This document shows, one piece after another, positions 19,505 through 29,578 of a stretch of DNA of 58,754 nucleotides (its first letter is position 1; each line of letters begins with the position of its first letter). The notes beneath the pieces are model-generated. The model had not been told where the DNA came from, did not search any database, and saw only the letters and a list, made by a program, of their open reading frames with translations. The stretch is from an uncultured Eggerthellaceae bacterium. GTDB taxonomy: Bacteria > Actinomycetota > Coriobacteriia > Coriobacteriales > Eggerthellaceae. The position numbers and the translations under genes were made by a program. The stretch lies in assembly GCA_934645125.1 (NCBI GenBank), contig CAKUDT010000001.1, positions 1 through 58,754 of the forward strand, in the 5' to 3' direction.

Positions 19505-20668
19505 CTATGCCTTAATCTCAAGAAGCTTTGCGCGTAAGTCGTCTTCGATCTGGCCCAAAGAAGATTCTGCATCGGCGCGCTTCTGACGGCCTTCCGCAGA
19601 GATACGCAGCACTTCTTCAAGCGTTTCGATGAGCTTCTGGTTCGTCTCCTGAATGGTTTCCACCTCAATAATGCTGCGCTCGGATTCCTCGGCAACGGCA
19701 ATGGTGCCCTGCTTCAGCGTTTCAGCGTTCTTCTTCAGAAGCTCGTTGGTCATGTCGGAAACGGCGCGCGTTGCTTCGGTGGCCTGGCGCATGTCTTCCA
19801 CGCCCAGGGCCAGAACCATCTGGTTCTTCCACAGCGGAATGGTGTTCACCAAAGTGGTTTGGATCTTTTCCACCATCACAATGTCGCTGCTCTGAATCAA
19901 GCGAATCTGCGGAGCCATCTGGATGCTAATGGCACGCGTGAGCTCCAAGTCGAAGATCTTCTTCTCAAAGCGGTCAAGCAGGCCCGCGTAATCGTTGGCG
20001 CGCTGGGCGTCTTCCACGGCACCCGTGCGGTCGGCTTCGGCTTTCAACTCAACCAGCTTGCCGGCACGCTCTTCCTCAAGGCGCTTCTTACCAGCCAAAA
20101 TGTAAATAGTGAGCTCTTTGTAGTAATCCAGGTTCGCGTCGTACATGTGATCGAGCAGCACGATGTCCTTGCTCAGCTGATTCTGGTGCGCCTGAAGCTG
20201 GTTGCACACCTTGTCAACGTTTGCCTCTGCCTTGGCGTAATTAGCCTTCATGCGCTCGATGGTTGCCGGCGCCTTCTTGAACAGACCGAAGAAACCGCCT
20301 TTTTCCTCGCCCTTGATGTCAAAACCCTTGAGCTCGGTGACCAGAGTGGAAATCATGCCGCCCACTTCGCCCAAATCCTTGGTCTTGACGTTTTCAAGCG
20401 CGTGATCGGAGAAGTCCGCAATGTTCTTTTGGCTGCTCGAGCCGAATTCGACAATAACGTTGCTGTCGGTCAGGTCAATTTCGGTGGCGCGCTGGTCAAT
20501 GAGCGCCAGCTCTTCGGGGGTAAGCTTGATGTCCGCCAGCGACGTGCCATCGGTGGACTTGACCTGAATAAGCCCCTTGTCAGGCTGCCATTCGGTAATG
20601 GTGCTCTCTACTGCGGGCGCATCTTGAGCAACCTGTGCCTCAACTTCAATAGGGTTTACGGTTTCCAT
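19505..20668 (-). CDS. TelA/YaaN-family toxic anion resistance protein
   Basis: Start at the ATG at 20668, after AAGGAGG. All-helical 387 aa. LLDHMYDANLDYYKELTIYILAGKKRLEE resembles the TelA family. Confidence 0.7.
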   Translation of the reverse strand: METVNPIEVEAQVAQDAPAVESTITEWQPDKGLIQVKSTDGTSLADIKLTPEELALIDQRATEIDLTDSNVIVEFGSSSQKNIADFSDHALENVKTKDLGEVGGMISTLVTELKGFDIKGEEKGGFFGLFKKAPATIERMKANYAKAEANVDKVCNQLQAHQNQLSKDIVLLDHMYDANLDYYKELTIYILAGKKRLEEERAGKLVELKAEADRTGAVEDAQRANDYAGLLDRFEKKIFDLELTRAISIQMAPQIRLIQSSDIVMVEKIQTTLVNTIPLWKNQMVLALGVEDMRQATEATRAVSDMTNELLKKNAETLKQGTIAVAEESERSIIEVETIQETNQKLIETLEEVLRISAEGRQKRADAESSLGQIEDDLRAKLLEIKA

Positions 20669-20916
20669 AAAGCAGCCTCCTTGTTCGATGGGGGAGTAGC
20701 GCACAGACACCATACGCGCAGCGCGCATTTTGACGCCTCCATTATACGCGCGAAAGACGCGATGAAGCACCCGCGGAAACAAACATATAGGCAACATCTT
20801 GCCTTTTCGGCAGAATTCATGCCCTCTCTTTGGGTGGAAGCAAACGGAATGCGAACGAAGCCGTTTTATTCGTTAGATTCTATTCGTAGGTTTCTCTGTT
20901 GACTTTGCTCGTTGGC

Positions 20917-21828
20917 TTATTCATTGGAAAGCGCAACGCACAAAGCATCAAGCAACGTGACCGCATAATGCTGCGCAGCGCGCGCCTCACCTGCATCTTC
21001 CCATGCTTCACCGGGCACCTGAATGGCAATGCGGCGCGGCGAATCGCCCTTTACGGCATTCAGCGCGTTCTCAATACGCAGAGCCAAGCTGCCCTCTTCA
21101 TCGTCCATTTGAACCACGGGAACGGCTTTTTGCTGCGCAGGACGCTCTTCGCCCGGCAAAACAAGATGCACGAAGCACATGTTCTGATCGGGAGCCACCA
21201 ACAGCGAATCAGCGCTTACGATGTGCGAGTTCGGATTCGTTGCCAGCGCAAGATTCGACATGCGGCTTGCCACGCTGCGAGTGAATTTCGAGGTACCGAA
21301 AAGACACAGCGTGTGTTCGCCCAAAACATCGGCTGCGCGAGAAAATCCCAGATGAGCGCCAGGAACCGCCGCAGGCTTACCTTCCCAGGAATGGCGCAGG
21401 TTGCGAATAGCGCGGAAGGTTTGCGCACCTGCAATGCCATCGCCGTACAGCGCCAAGTTCAGCTGGAACTTGCGCAGCGCGGCTTCGGTATACGCGCCAA
21501 AAATGCCATCGTCGTTGCACGCGAAGCCCAACGCGCCCAACGCGCGTTGCAGTTGGCGCACATCGTTGCCATGGAAGAACGGCATGCGCAGATACAGCGT
21601 GCGATCGCCCATGGAATACGATGCATCTACCAGGGCAGACCACGTTTTCTCATCGACCTCACCCGTTGCGGGCAAGCCGTGCGCAAGGCAAAACGAGCTT
21701 ACCGCGGCGGCGGTTTTCTCGCCATAGACGCCATCAACGTCGGCATCGGTCAGAAAACCAGCCAGCACCAAGCGCTGCTGAACATCCTCTACAGCTGCTC
21801 CTGTATGTTGCAAACGAACGGTTTCCAT
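20917..21828 (-). CDS. Cytoplasmic protein with two PG_binding_1 repeats and a C-terminal amidase-like domain (CwlM-like)
   Basis: 303 aa with no signal peptide. Two repeats of the G..V..LQ..L...G......DG.(Y/F)G..T..A...FQ type. The C-terminal ~170 aa are unassigned and may be a degenerate amidase_3 domain. Confidence 0.5.
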   Translation of the reverse strand: METVRLQHTGAAVEDVQQRLVLAGFLTDADVDGVYGEKTAAAVSSFCLAHGLPATGEVDEKTWSALVDASYSMGDRTLYLRMPFFHGNDVRQLQRALGALGFACNDDGIFGAYTEAALRKFQLNLALYGDGIAGAQTFRAIRNLRHSWEGKPAAVPGAHLGFSRAADVLGEHTLCLFGTSKFTRSVASRMSNLALATNPNSHIVSADSLLVAPDQNMCFVHLVLPGEERPAQQKAVPVVQMDDEEGSLALRIENALNAVKGDSPRRIAIQVPGEAWEDAGEARAAQHYAVTLLDALCVALSNE

Positions 21829-21832
21829 AACG

Positions 21833-22891
21833 CTAGTCCAAACGATTCACAAACCAGTCGGCCATGGAAATAAGCAGGTCACGAGCAGGACTAGGATCAA
21901 CCACGCCCAGAAGCCTGTTTTTGGAAATGCTCGTCAAATTCTGTGCATAATTGCGCGCGTACTCAATGCTTCCCGTTTCCTGCATGATCTCCACCGCTTC
22001 GGCAAGAGCATCCGGATCCTTCTCTTTGTTGGACAAGATCTCAACCAGGCGGGCGCGCTGCTGCTCAGTGCCGTGATGCAGCGCATGCACCACAACCAAC
22101 GTGCGCTTTCCTTCGGTGATGTCGCTGCGGAAGTCTTTCTTGGTGGACTCTTCTTCGCCAATAAGGTTCAGCAGGTCATCTTGAATCTGGAAGGCCAAGC
22201 CCGTGTCCAGGCCAAAGTTGCGCAAGCCTTCAATTTGCGCCTCGGTGCCGCCGCCGACAATGGCGCCAACAGCCAGCGGAACCGCACCGCTGTAATGGGC
22301 GGTCTTATGCGTTGCCATAATCAGATAATCTTCGGGCGTAATATCATAGCGAGCGTCGCGCGCCCAGCCGATATCCATTGCCTGACCCTCAATAGTGCGG
22401 CGCGTCATTTCAATGAGCTCGGTCACAACGCGTACTTTCACGGCGTCGTCAAGCGTGGGATCGTTGATTACCGTGCCGTTGACCAGGGAAAGTCCCAAGT
22501 CGCCCATGTTCAGAGCAAGGCCCAGGCCTTCGCTCAAATGCAGGCACGGCTCGCCGCGGCGCAGCTCGGCCTCGTCGGCAATGTCGTCGTGGATCAACGC
22601 AGCGGTGTGAAAGTGCTCGATGGCCGCCGCGGAACTGATAGCCTTATTCATGTCGCCACCAACAACCAGGCAACCCGCCAAAGCAATAAGCGGACGATGA
22701 CGCTTTCCGCCGTTCTTGCTGTACTTCATCAGCGGCCCGTACAGATAACGGTCCATGTCGGGGTGATCGCCGTGGGGAATGTAACGATTCACCAAATCGC
22801 CAATAACGCCCGCGTATTGATCAAGGTACTCCTGAAAATCGGCAGGAGGATTATCGTTCAAAGAAATAAGATCGTTGATATCGGTGCTCAT
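21833..22891 (-). CDS. Polyprenyl diphosphate synthase (trans-isoprenyl, GGPP/long-chain type)
   Basis: 352 aa. First Asp-rich motif LIHDDIADE, second FQIQDDLLN. Confidence 0.85.
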   Translation of the reverse strand: MSTDINDLISLNDNPPADFQEYLDQYAGVIGDLVNRYIPHGDHPDMDRYLYGPLMKYSKNGGKRHRPLIALAGCLVVGGDMNKAISSAAAIEHFHTAALIHDDIADEAELRRGEPCLHLSEGLGLALNMGDLGLSLVNGTVINDPTLDDAVKVRVVTELIEMTRRTIEGQAMDIGWARDARYDITPEDYLIMATHKTAHYSGAVPLAVGAIVGGGTEAQIEGLRNFGLDTGLAFQIQDDLLNLIGEEESTKKDFRSDITEGKRTLVVVHALHHGTEQQRARLVEILSNKEKDPDALAEAVEIMQETGSIEYARNYAQNLTSISKNRLLGVVDPSPARDLLISMADWFVNRLD

Positions 22892-22971
22892 ATTATGCTC
22901 ATCTCGAAAAAGTCGCGACCTACGAAGACTTCATTGCGGGCAAAACAAAAAAGACGAAGAGGAAGTGGGTT

Positions 22972-23004
22972 CCTATTTTCAAACTTGGTAGGAGCGGAGG
23001 GGCT
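22972..23004 (-). repeat. Duplicate of the tRNA-Leu 3' end plus downstream flank (att-like direct repeat)
   Basis: 22985-23004 TGGTAGGAGCGGAGGGGCTC is identical to 23175-23194, which covers CCA, the acceptor 3' strand and the 3' half of the T-arm. The flanking 13 nt are also similar. Confidence 0.8.
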
Positions 23005-23174
23005 CCGGCTTTGCCTTCGGCAAAGGCCGACCCCTCCCTCGCAAGCTCGGTCGGGCGAATTCCTGAAAACGTGCCACTGGCACGTTTTCTTGACGGAATT
23101 CCACCTCATCGGTTCGAGCCCCCGAAGGAAAGCCCTTTCCAATGGTTCCGTTGTCTTCTTTCCAATTTTCAAAC

Positions 23175-23258
<84 letters not shown>

Positions 23259-23422
23259 CACTTACAGCCACAGGGCATTTTATCAAATAAAGTGCGCTTG
23301 TCTCACGCGTTTCTAGAATAGGGAGAAAAGAATGGATTTCGCCGCGGCGCGTACCATTGCAACGGGCTCGTGTGCTATGCTAGTAAAGCTCTTGCATTAC
23401 ACACACCAAAAAACGAAGCAAA

Positions 23423-25015
23423 ATGCAAAAAGGGGCTTTTTCCTTGGCACGACAAGCGAACATTCTGTCTTTTGACGACGTAAAACGGGGCAGCGCACTG
23501 CGCGGCTCTGCTTCTGTGCGCGAAAACGGAAGGGTCGCCTCCCGCGATAATCGCCGGAACAGCCAAAACTATCAGGCCGGACAGAGAAATCGTGCCTACA
23601 GCAGCTCAAGTCAAGCGAGACATTTTGACCGCTGGAGCCAGCAAGGCGGCCAAGAAACCAATTTCGCTTACGAGCCGAATCGCATGCCTTCCGCATCCCT
23701 TTCGGACTATACGTACCCAACGCAAAGCAGCCGCTCTTTTGGCAGCTTTGACGACATCAGCAGCGCAAGCGCTGGCAGAACCATGCGCCCCACCAGCAAA
23801 AACGGCTCCGCCGATTGTAGCCGCAGTTCACGCGGCGAAAACAGCGGGCACGGCGGCGGCATGGGAAGCGCCCACGCTTACCGCAGCACAAGCAGCAGTC
23901 GCAACGAACATGCGCCCCATGAAAACCGCACGTCAGGCAAGCGTACATCGCGTGCAGTGCGCGACAATCGCTTCGCGTTCGACGACTTCGACACGTTCAG
24001 CGACTTCGGCGACTTCGGCGATTTCAGCGACTTTGGCGCGTCTGACACGCGCGACCGTTCGGCACGCGACGTGCGCGCAACACGCATGCAGAGTTCGCCG
24101 CGTTCCGCCATTCTCTCTTACGACGAATTCCTTTCCGAAGAAGAGCAGGCAGACAGCACCGATGCGCAAGACGGCGAAGCTTCGAAGAAAAACAAGACAT
24201 TCCTGCAAAAGCTTTCCGACAAAAAGCAAAAGCGAGCGAAAGAAAAAGCAGGTAGAGCATACGACCGTCAATTTGGCGATGCTTCTTCGACTGCTGCCAC
24301 AAATGCCGGCCCGCGCGCGGCAGTGTACAAGGGAGAAATGGGCCCTTCCCAGCGGCGCGCCCAACGTATGCAGCCTAATGCGTCAAGCCCACGCCAAGGC
24401 GGCTATCGCGCAGCTCACGCAGCGAGCCAGGAAAACGTTGGTATCCTGGGCTGGATTGCAAGCGCCGCAGGTGGCGTAAGCAATGCTGTGACCAGCCGTT
24501 TCTTGAGAGATTCTGCCGCCAAGAAGGCAGGATTGCACGCACAAACAAGCGGTTTCTCCGCGGATGGTAAATCCGGGCGCGCGCAAAAGCAGGGCGCATC
24601 GGGAAATCTGTTCTCAAAAATCACTGGCGCGCTCTTCGGCACGCGTCGTCGCGTAGCAGCGCTTTCCGTTGCGGCATGCCTGGTGATTGCCGGCATGTTC
24701 ATGTACCCGGCGGCGAAGCAGTATTACACCGAAATGCGCCATTTGGATAAGGTGAACGCGGAGTATCAGGCGGTGACCGACCGCAACGCCGATCTTGCCG
24801 CTACGCGCGATTACCTGCAGTCCGAAACTGGCATCGAGGAAATGGCGCATGAAAAGTATGGCTGGGTGAATGAAGGTGAGCATTCTGTTTTGGTCTACGG
24901 CTTGCCCGACGACGGCACCATGGCCGACACGAATCTCTACATCAAGCGAGGGAGCGTATCTGCTCCTGAAACGTGGTATTCCGTGATTCTTGATCCCTTG
25001 TTCGGAGTTGAATAG
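23423..25015 (+). CDS. FtsB/DivIC-family septum formation initiator with a long disordered N-terminal region
   Basis: The C-terminal TM plus coiled coil (YPAAKQYYTEMRHLDKVNAEYQAVTDRNADLAATRDYLQSETGIEEMAHEKYGWV) matches DivIC/FtsB. About 400 aa of low-complexity sequence lie upstream, so the start is uncertain. Confidence 0.7.
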   Translation: MQKGAFSLARQANILSFDDVKRGSALRGSASVRENGRVASRDNRRNSQNYQAGQRNRAYSSSSQARHFDRWSQQGGQETNFAYEPNRMPSASLSDYTYPTQSSRSFGSFDDISSASAGRTMRPTSKNGSADCSRSSRGENSGHGGGMGSAHAYRSTSSSRNEHAPHENRTSGKRTSRAVRDNRFAFDDFDTFSDFGDFGDFSDFGASDTRDRSARDVRATRMQSSPRSAILSYDEFLSEEEQADSTDAQDGEASKKNKTFLQKLSDKKQKRAKEKAGRAYDRQFGDASSTAATNAGPRAAVYKGEMGPSQRRAQRMQPNASSPRQGGYRAAHAASQENVGILGWIASAAGGVSNAVTSRFLRDSAAKKAGLHAQTSGFSADGKSGRAQKQGASGNLFSKITGALFGTRRRVAALSVAACLVIAGMFMYPAAKQYYTEMRHLDKVNAEYQAVTDRNADLAATRDYLQSETGIEEMAHEKYGWVNEGEHSVLVYGLPDDGTMADTNLYIKRGSVSAPETWYSVILDPLFGVE

Positions 25016-25018
25016 CGC

Positions 25019-26134
25019 ATGACCCGCTCCCTGAACAACCCCTGTGACAATACCGATGACCAGGTAAAACCCGCGCGCTATGCCGCAATCGACATTGGAA
25101 CGGTAACGTGCCGTCTTCTTGTTGGGGAAACAGACGGGCGCAGCGTGCGACCCTTGGCAAGGCGCGCCATTATCACAAATCTTGGCGAAGATGTGGATGC
25201 CACCGGTGTTCTTAAACCCGAAGCAATGGAACGCGTCTTTTGCGCCGTGCGCGGGTTTTTGGACATTGTCGCTCATTACGGAAACGCCAATTCAAACGGC
25301 GAATCGTCCGATAGCGTCCATACGGCGGACGAAAATACTGGCGCCGCAGCCGGAAATGCCAGCGCCGCAGGCGTCAACGAAAAAGCAACCGGAGACGGCG
25401 CAAGCAGCATGCGCATCATCGCCATGGCAACGTCCGCTGCCCGCGATGCGCATAACGCCGATGAATTTGCCGCAGGATTAGCGAAGATGGGCGTCACGCT
25501 TTCCGTTATCCCCGGCGAGAAAGAAGCAGCCCTAAGCTTCATGGGTGCTTCGATGGACTTCGCGGGACAACCTATCATTGTGACCGACATCGGCGGCGGA
25601 TCTACGGAGATTATTGCAGGAATCGCAGGTCAAAAGCCTGATTTTGCGCACTCATTCGACATTGGATGCCGCCGTATGACGGAGCGCTCCCTTACGTGCG
25701 ACCCTCTTGACAGCACCCAAGTTCAGGAAAGCCGTCAATGGGTGCGCGATGCCTTTAAACCGTATTTCCAGAACATGAAACAGCAAGGTTTTCACGCGGC
25801 ACATATTGTGTCGGTTGCGGGCACAGCCACAAGCATCGTTTCCATGATAGAACGCATGGAAGTATACGATTCCGAGCGCGTTCATGGTTACACCGTAACA
25901 AAACAACAGCTCGATCAGTTGTTTTCTGAACTATCAGCCAAGACGCTCGACCAAAGAATGCATCGCGTGGGCTTGCAGCCCGAACGCGCGAGCGTCATCA
26001 ACGCCGGACTTATCATCCAGCAGGAAGTTTTGCGCGCTGCCGGCACGAACGCGTTTGTCGCAAGCGAATCGGACATTCTGCAGGGCATTATCCTCACCGC
26101 CGCCCGCGAAGATACTCGCAAAAACGACCAATAA
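25019..26134 (+). CDS. ppx: Ppx/GppA family phosphatase
   Basis: 371 aa. YAAIDIGTVTCRLLVGE and TDIGGGSTEI actin-fold motifs. Its position after ftsB/divIC is typical for Actinobacteria. Confidence 0.8.
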   Translation: MTRSLNNPCDNTDDQVKPARYAAIDIGTVTCRLLVGETDGRSVRPLARRAIITNLGEDVDATGVLKPEAMERVFCAVRGFLDIVAHYGNANSNGESSDSVHTADENTGAAAGNASAAGVNEKATGDGASSMRIIAMATSAARDAHNADEFAAGLAKMGVTLSVIPGEKEAALSFMGASMDFAGQPIIVTDIGGGSTEIIAGIAGQKPDFAHSFDIGCRRMTERSLTCDPLDSTQVQESRQWVRDAFKPYFQNMKQQGFHAAHIVSVAGTATSIVSMIERMEVYDSERVHGYTVTKQQLDQLFSELSAKTLDQRMHRVGLQPERASVINAGLIIQQEVLRAAGTNAFVASESDILQGIILTAAREDTRKNDQ

Positions 26135-26153
26135 GACAGTTCGCCCCACAAAG

Positions 26154-26987
26154 CTACTTTACTGCCGTAATGATCACGCTTCCGCTTAGCGCATCAAGTT
26201 CGGGATTATTCTCCAGCGCCTCAAAGAAAGCCATGCGGTCTTTACGCTGAGCCTTTTCTTGCAGCACGTCAAGCGTGTAAAGCGTTTTTGATTCAATCTC
26301 TACCTGGGAAAACCCCGCATCAAGCAAGTGTTGGCGATACATATCGACAAGCTCAATACCATTCGTGCATCCCGTGATTCGCTCAAGCGGCTGAGCATAT
26401 TTTTCACTCGGAAGCGCACCGTAGAGCACAATATCGCTCACCACAAAACGCCCACCAGGCGCCAAAACGCGATACGCTTCGCTCATAACTTGCTGTTTTT
26501 TCTTGGCAAAGTTAATGACGCAATTCGACAAAACAACATCCACGCAAGCATTAGGAAGAGGAAGCTTCTCAATATTCCCCTGAACGAACTCGATATTATG
26601 CGCGCCAACAGCAGCTGCATTCGCCGACGCAAGCTCAATCATGGCAGGCGTCATGTCCACTCCGTACACATGACCGCCCTCACCCACCAGGCGTGATGCA
26701 ATAATTGCATCAATACCGCCGCCGCTTCCCAAATCAAGCACGCGCTCTCCTGGCTGCAGCAACGCTTTTGCAACAGGGTCTCCGCAGCCGCGACTTGCTG
26801 CCAGAGCAGATTCAGGCAGGTCTGAAAGGGCATCTCGCGCATAAAGAAACGCTGCTTCACCTGCAGAAAGAGCAGGTTCGCAACACGAGGAAGTACCAAG
26901 CGGGGCATCCTTCCCAAAAGTAGCAGCAACCTGCTGAGCAACCTGCGCATAATGTTCCGAAACCGATGATGGCTGCATATTCTCCAT
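26154..26987 (-). CDS. arsM: ArsM-type SAM-dependent (arsenite-like) methyltransferase
   Basis: 277 aa with a GGGAGA RBS. SAM motif VLDLGSGGGID. Four Cys contexts typical of ArsM: SSCCEP, RGCGDP, SNCVINF, ITGCTNG. Confidence 0.7.
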   Translation of the reverse strand: MENMQPSSVSEHYAQVAQQVAATFGKDAPLGTSSCCEPALSAGEAAFLYARDALSDLPESALAASRGCGDPVAKALLQPGERVLDLGSGGGIDAIIASRLVGEGGHVYGVDMTPAMIELASANAAAVGAHNIEFVQGNIEKLPLPNACVDVVLSNCVINFAKKKQQVMSEAYRVLAPGGRFVVSDIVLYGALPSEKYAQPLERITGCTNGIELVDMYRQHLLDAGFSQVEIESKTLYTLDVLQEKAQRKDRMAFFEALENNPELDALSGSVIITAVK

Positions 26988-27017
26988 TGTCTCCCAATCT
27001 GAATCTTCCCGCGTTCG

Positions 27018-29471
27018 CTATTTTTCCTGCTGCCCCAAATCATGAGCAACCGCTAACGCAGCGCAAGCAGCAAGAACATCATCGGGCGTGTTATATACGC
27101 CAAAGCTCACACGAATCGTGCCCGAAAGCCCCATCGATGCTGCAAGCGGGTGCGCGCAATGAGCGCCCGAGCGCACTGCCACGCCCATCTTGCCAAGCAT
27201 GGCACCTGCAGCCGAAGAGTTAACGCCTGCAACGGACATGCTCACCAAGCCCGTCTGCGAATCTTTCGTATCATGATGCCCCCACACGCGAACAAAACCG
27301 AGCTTTTGGCACAAACCCATAAGAAGCTGCGTCAAAATCCTGCTATGCCGCTCAATGCACTCCACGCCCAAAGCATCCAAATACTCCACGGCAGCCGCAA
27401 AACCGAACAGTTGAGACAGCGGCGGCGTGCCCGCCTCGTACTGAATGGCACCTGCTCGCCAATAATAGGAATCCAGGCCAACGTGGCTCACCGTACCGCC
27501 ACCGCCCGCCAGCGGCTCCATTTCCTCCGCTGCATCAGGGGATATCCACAACCCGCCAATACCGTTGGGGCCGTATGCTTTATGCGCAGAAAACGCCACG
27601 AAATCGGCACCGAGCTCCTTCACATCAAGTTTCATATGGGGAAACGACTGCGCCGCATCAAGCACGAACCGCGCGCCCACCTGATGAGCCTCCTGCGCCA
27701 TCTCTTTTACGGGATTCGTAATGCCCAAAACATTGCCAATATGTGCAACGCACACCAACTTGGGCTTTTGCATCAAGAGCTCCCGATATACTTCCAGGTC
27801 AAGCTCGCCATTCGGAAGAACCGGAAGATAGCCGATGCGCACATGCTTGCGATTTGCTAAAAGCATCCACGGCAGCAAATTCGAATGATGTTCGCAGAAA
27901 GGAACAACAATCAAGTCCCCTTCGCTAATGTTTCGATCGCCCCACGCCTGCGCAACCAGATTCAGCGAAGCCGTGGTGTTTGCCGTGAGCACCGTCTGGC
28001 GACGATCGGCATTGATCCACGATTCAAGCACGGCGCGCGCATCGTTCATATGGAACGTTGCTTGCATGGAAAGATCGTACGATCCGCGATATACATTCGC
28101 GTTTTCGCTCTGCTCAAACTCGTGTTCGGCGTGAATTGCCTGGTAACAGCGCTGCGATGTTGCCGCAGTGTCTAGATACGCCAAAGAGTCCCGGCAAGAA
28201 CGCTGCGCGAACAGCGGAAAATCGCTCTTGTTGCGTGCTGCCCATTCTGCCGCCCAGGCAAGATCGGCAGCGAAGTCTTCTCGGTCGCCAGAAGCGCCTT
28301 CGCGCAGAAAGTCATCTTTGCGGGTCCGACCACCTTCGCACGCATCCCCTTCTCTGCACGCTTGACCAGCCAGCTCTTTCGCGAAACCGCGCACCATATT
28401 GGCAGCATTGAGCAAACGCTTATCGGCTTCAGTCAGCGACTCCGTTAACGCCGCACGCTCCTCGTCGCTCTCGCAAAGTTCCTGCTTTCGCGACAATGCG
28501 ACCGCCTCAAGCGCCGAGAGCTGCGCCCCTGCGACGAACTCCGTAAACGGGGCGGGAGTGGGAGAAGAAACATCCAAGCGCTCTTCGCCAAAAACGCTGT
28601 CTCTCACGCGTGCATCAAGGAGCTGCGTCACGGGAAATGCGCAGGGAAAGTCCTCTGGCTTCTGGGAATCTTTACAAGAAACAGCACCCTCATCAGCACT
28701 TTCGCGCTGAGCACGTGCGGTATAACTCCATCCAACGGCACGCAGCTTCTTCAGAAACGCAACGGAAAAAAGGAACGGGTAATGACGCGCCCACGCACTC
28801 CACGAGGTCACTATTTCGGACTCGGGTTCTCGCTTCAAGTCATCGAAAAGCTGCGCAAGGTGGCGTGGCTGAATGCGCGGAGCGCACGCATCAAGCGCCA
28901 GCACCATGCAAGAACCAACCGCCTCCGCCGCATCAAGCAGCGCAGTCAACAGCGATGCATCGAAATCGAATATCTCTACATTCCCTGGCACTTCACGCAG
29001 GGATACAAACTCAGCTGTTATGCCATCTAGCTGGGATAACACTTGTTCTGCGGCATCTTTGACAGTTTGAGAGTGTTCGCCCGACTCAGGAAGAATCACC
29101 GTAACAGAAGGCACACCCATTTTTGCACACAACCGCAAAGGCGCAGCAATAAGCGGTTCGCCGTTTTCTTGCAACTGCAGCGGTCGAATAGTCAGCTCAT
29201 CTTCGTGTGCAGGCTTTGCAACGAAGAATTCCGCGGGATCTTCCGTGGGAATTTTCACCGGCTCAGTGGAGGACGAATTGGCCACAACAACAACGCTCAC
29301 GTCGCATTCGGCGCGCTTTGCACCCAAGACACTTGCTGCATTGGCAACGCTCGCAATGCCCGCAAGGCCCGCTTCTAGCGCCCGCGCATTTGCCTGATCG
29401 GACTCTTCTTCGCTTGGCACAAACGGCTGCGTCTTAAACGAATTCGCATCTATAAACCGTGTTAGCTCCAT
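27018..29471 (-). CDS. Fusion protein: unassigned ~400-aa N-terminal domain plus a SufS/CsdA-type PLP cysteine desulfurase or selenocysteine lyase
   Basis: Start at the ATG at 29471, after GGAAGGA. The C-terminal half has HHSNLLPW, the PLP-lysine context FSAHKAYGP and the active-site loop RSGAHCAHP. The N-terminal half has only a weak MobA-like resemblance (MVLALDACAPRIQPRHLAQLF). Confidence 0.7.
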   Translation of the reverse strand: MELTRFIDANSFKTQPFVPSEEESDQANARALEAGLAGIASVANAASVLGAKRAECDVSVVVVANSSSTEPVKIPTEDPAEFFVAKPAHEDELTIRPLQLQENGEPLIAAPLRLCAKMGVPSVTVILPESGEHSQTVKDAAEQVLSQLDGITAEFVSLREVPGNVEIFDFDASLLTALLDAAEAVGSCMVLALDACAPRIQPRHLAQLFDDLKREPESEIVTSWSAWARHYPFLFSVAFLKKLRAVGWSYTARAQRESADEGAVSCKDSQKPEDFPCAFPVTQLLDARVRDSVFGEERLDVSSPTPAPFTEFVAGAQLSALEAVALSRKQELCESDEERAALTESLTEADKRLLNAANMVRGFAKELAGQACREGDACEGGRTRKDDFLREGASGDREDFAADLAWAAEWAARNKSDFPLFAQRSCRDSLAYLDTAATSQRCYQAIHAEHEFEQSENANVYRGSYDLSMQATFHMNDARAVLESWINADRRQTVLTANTTASLNLVAQAWGDRNISEGDLIVVPFCEHHSNLLPWMLLANRKHVRIGYLPVLPNGELDLEVYRELLMQKPKLVCVAHIGNVLGITNPVKEMAQEAHQVGARFVLDAAQSFPHMKLDVKELGADFVAFSAHKAYGPNGIGGLWISPDAAEEMEPLAGGGGTVSHVGLDSYYWRAGAIQYEAGTPPLSQLFGFAAAVEYLDALGVECIERHSRILTQLLMGLCQKLGFVRVWGHHDTKDSQTGLVSMSVAGVNSSAAGAMLGKMGVAVRSGAHCAHPLAASMGLSGTIRVSFGVYNTPDDVLAACAALAVAHDLGQQEK

Positions 29472-29578
29472 TGTTTTCCTTCCGCCATCCAGGACTTTTG
29501 CATTATCGGGAGCTTCCGTTGGCCCCAACGCCGCCTTCCTGCTGAACCATCTTAAAGCAAATCGCCGAAGCGCTCTCA

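Noticed and set aside
20899-21873. 324-aa plus-strand ORF
   Set aside because: Antisense to the PG-binding-repeat gene. It is Arg/Ala-rich with no motifs or RBS.
23005-23174. tmRNA, tRNA-Sec or SRP RNA in the structured segment next to tRNA-Leu
   Set aside because: No matching 5' acceptor strand exists for the tRNA-like 3' end. There is no TCA anticodon loop in a cloverleaf context. CGAAGGAAAGCC only loosely resembles the SRP domain IV motif.
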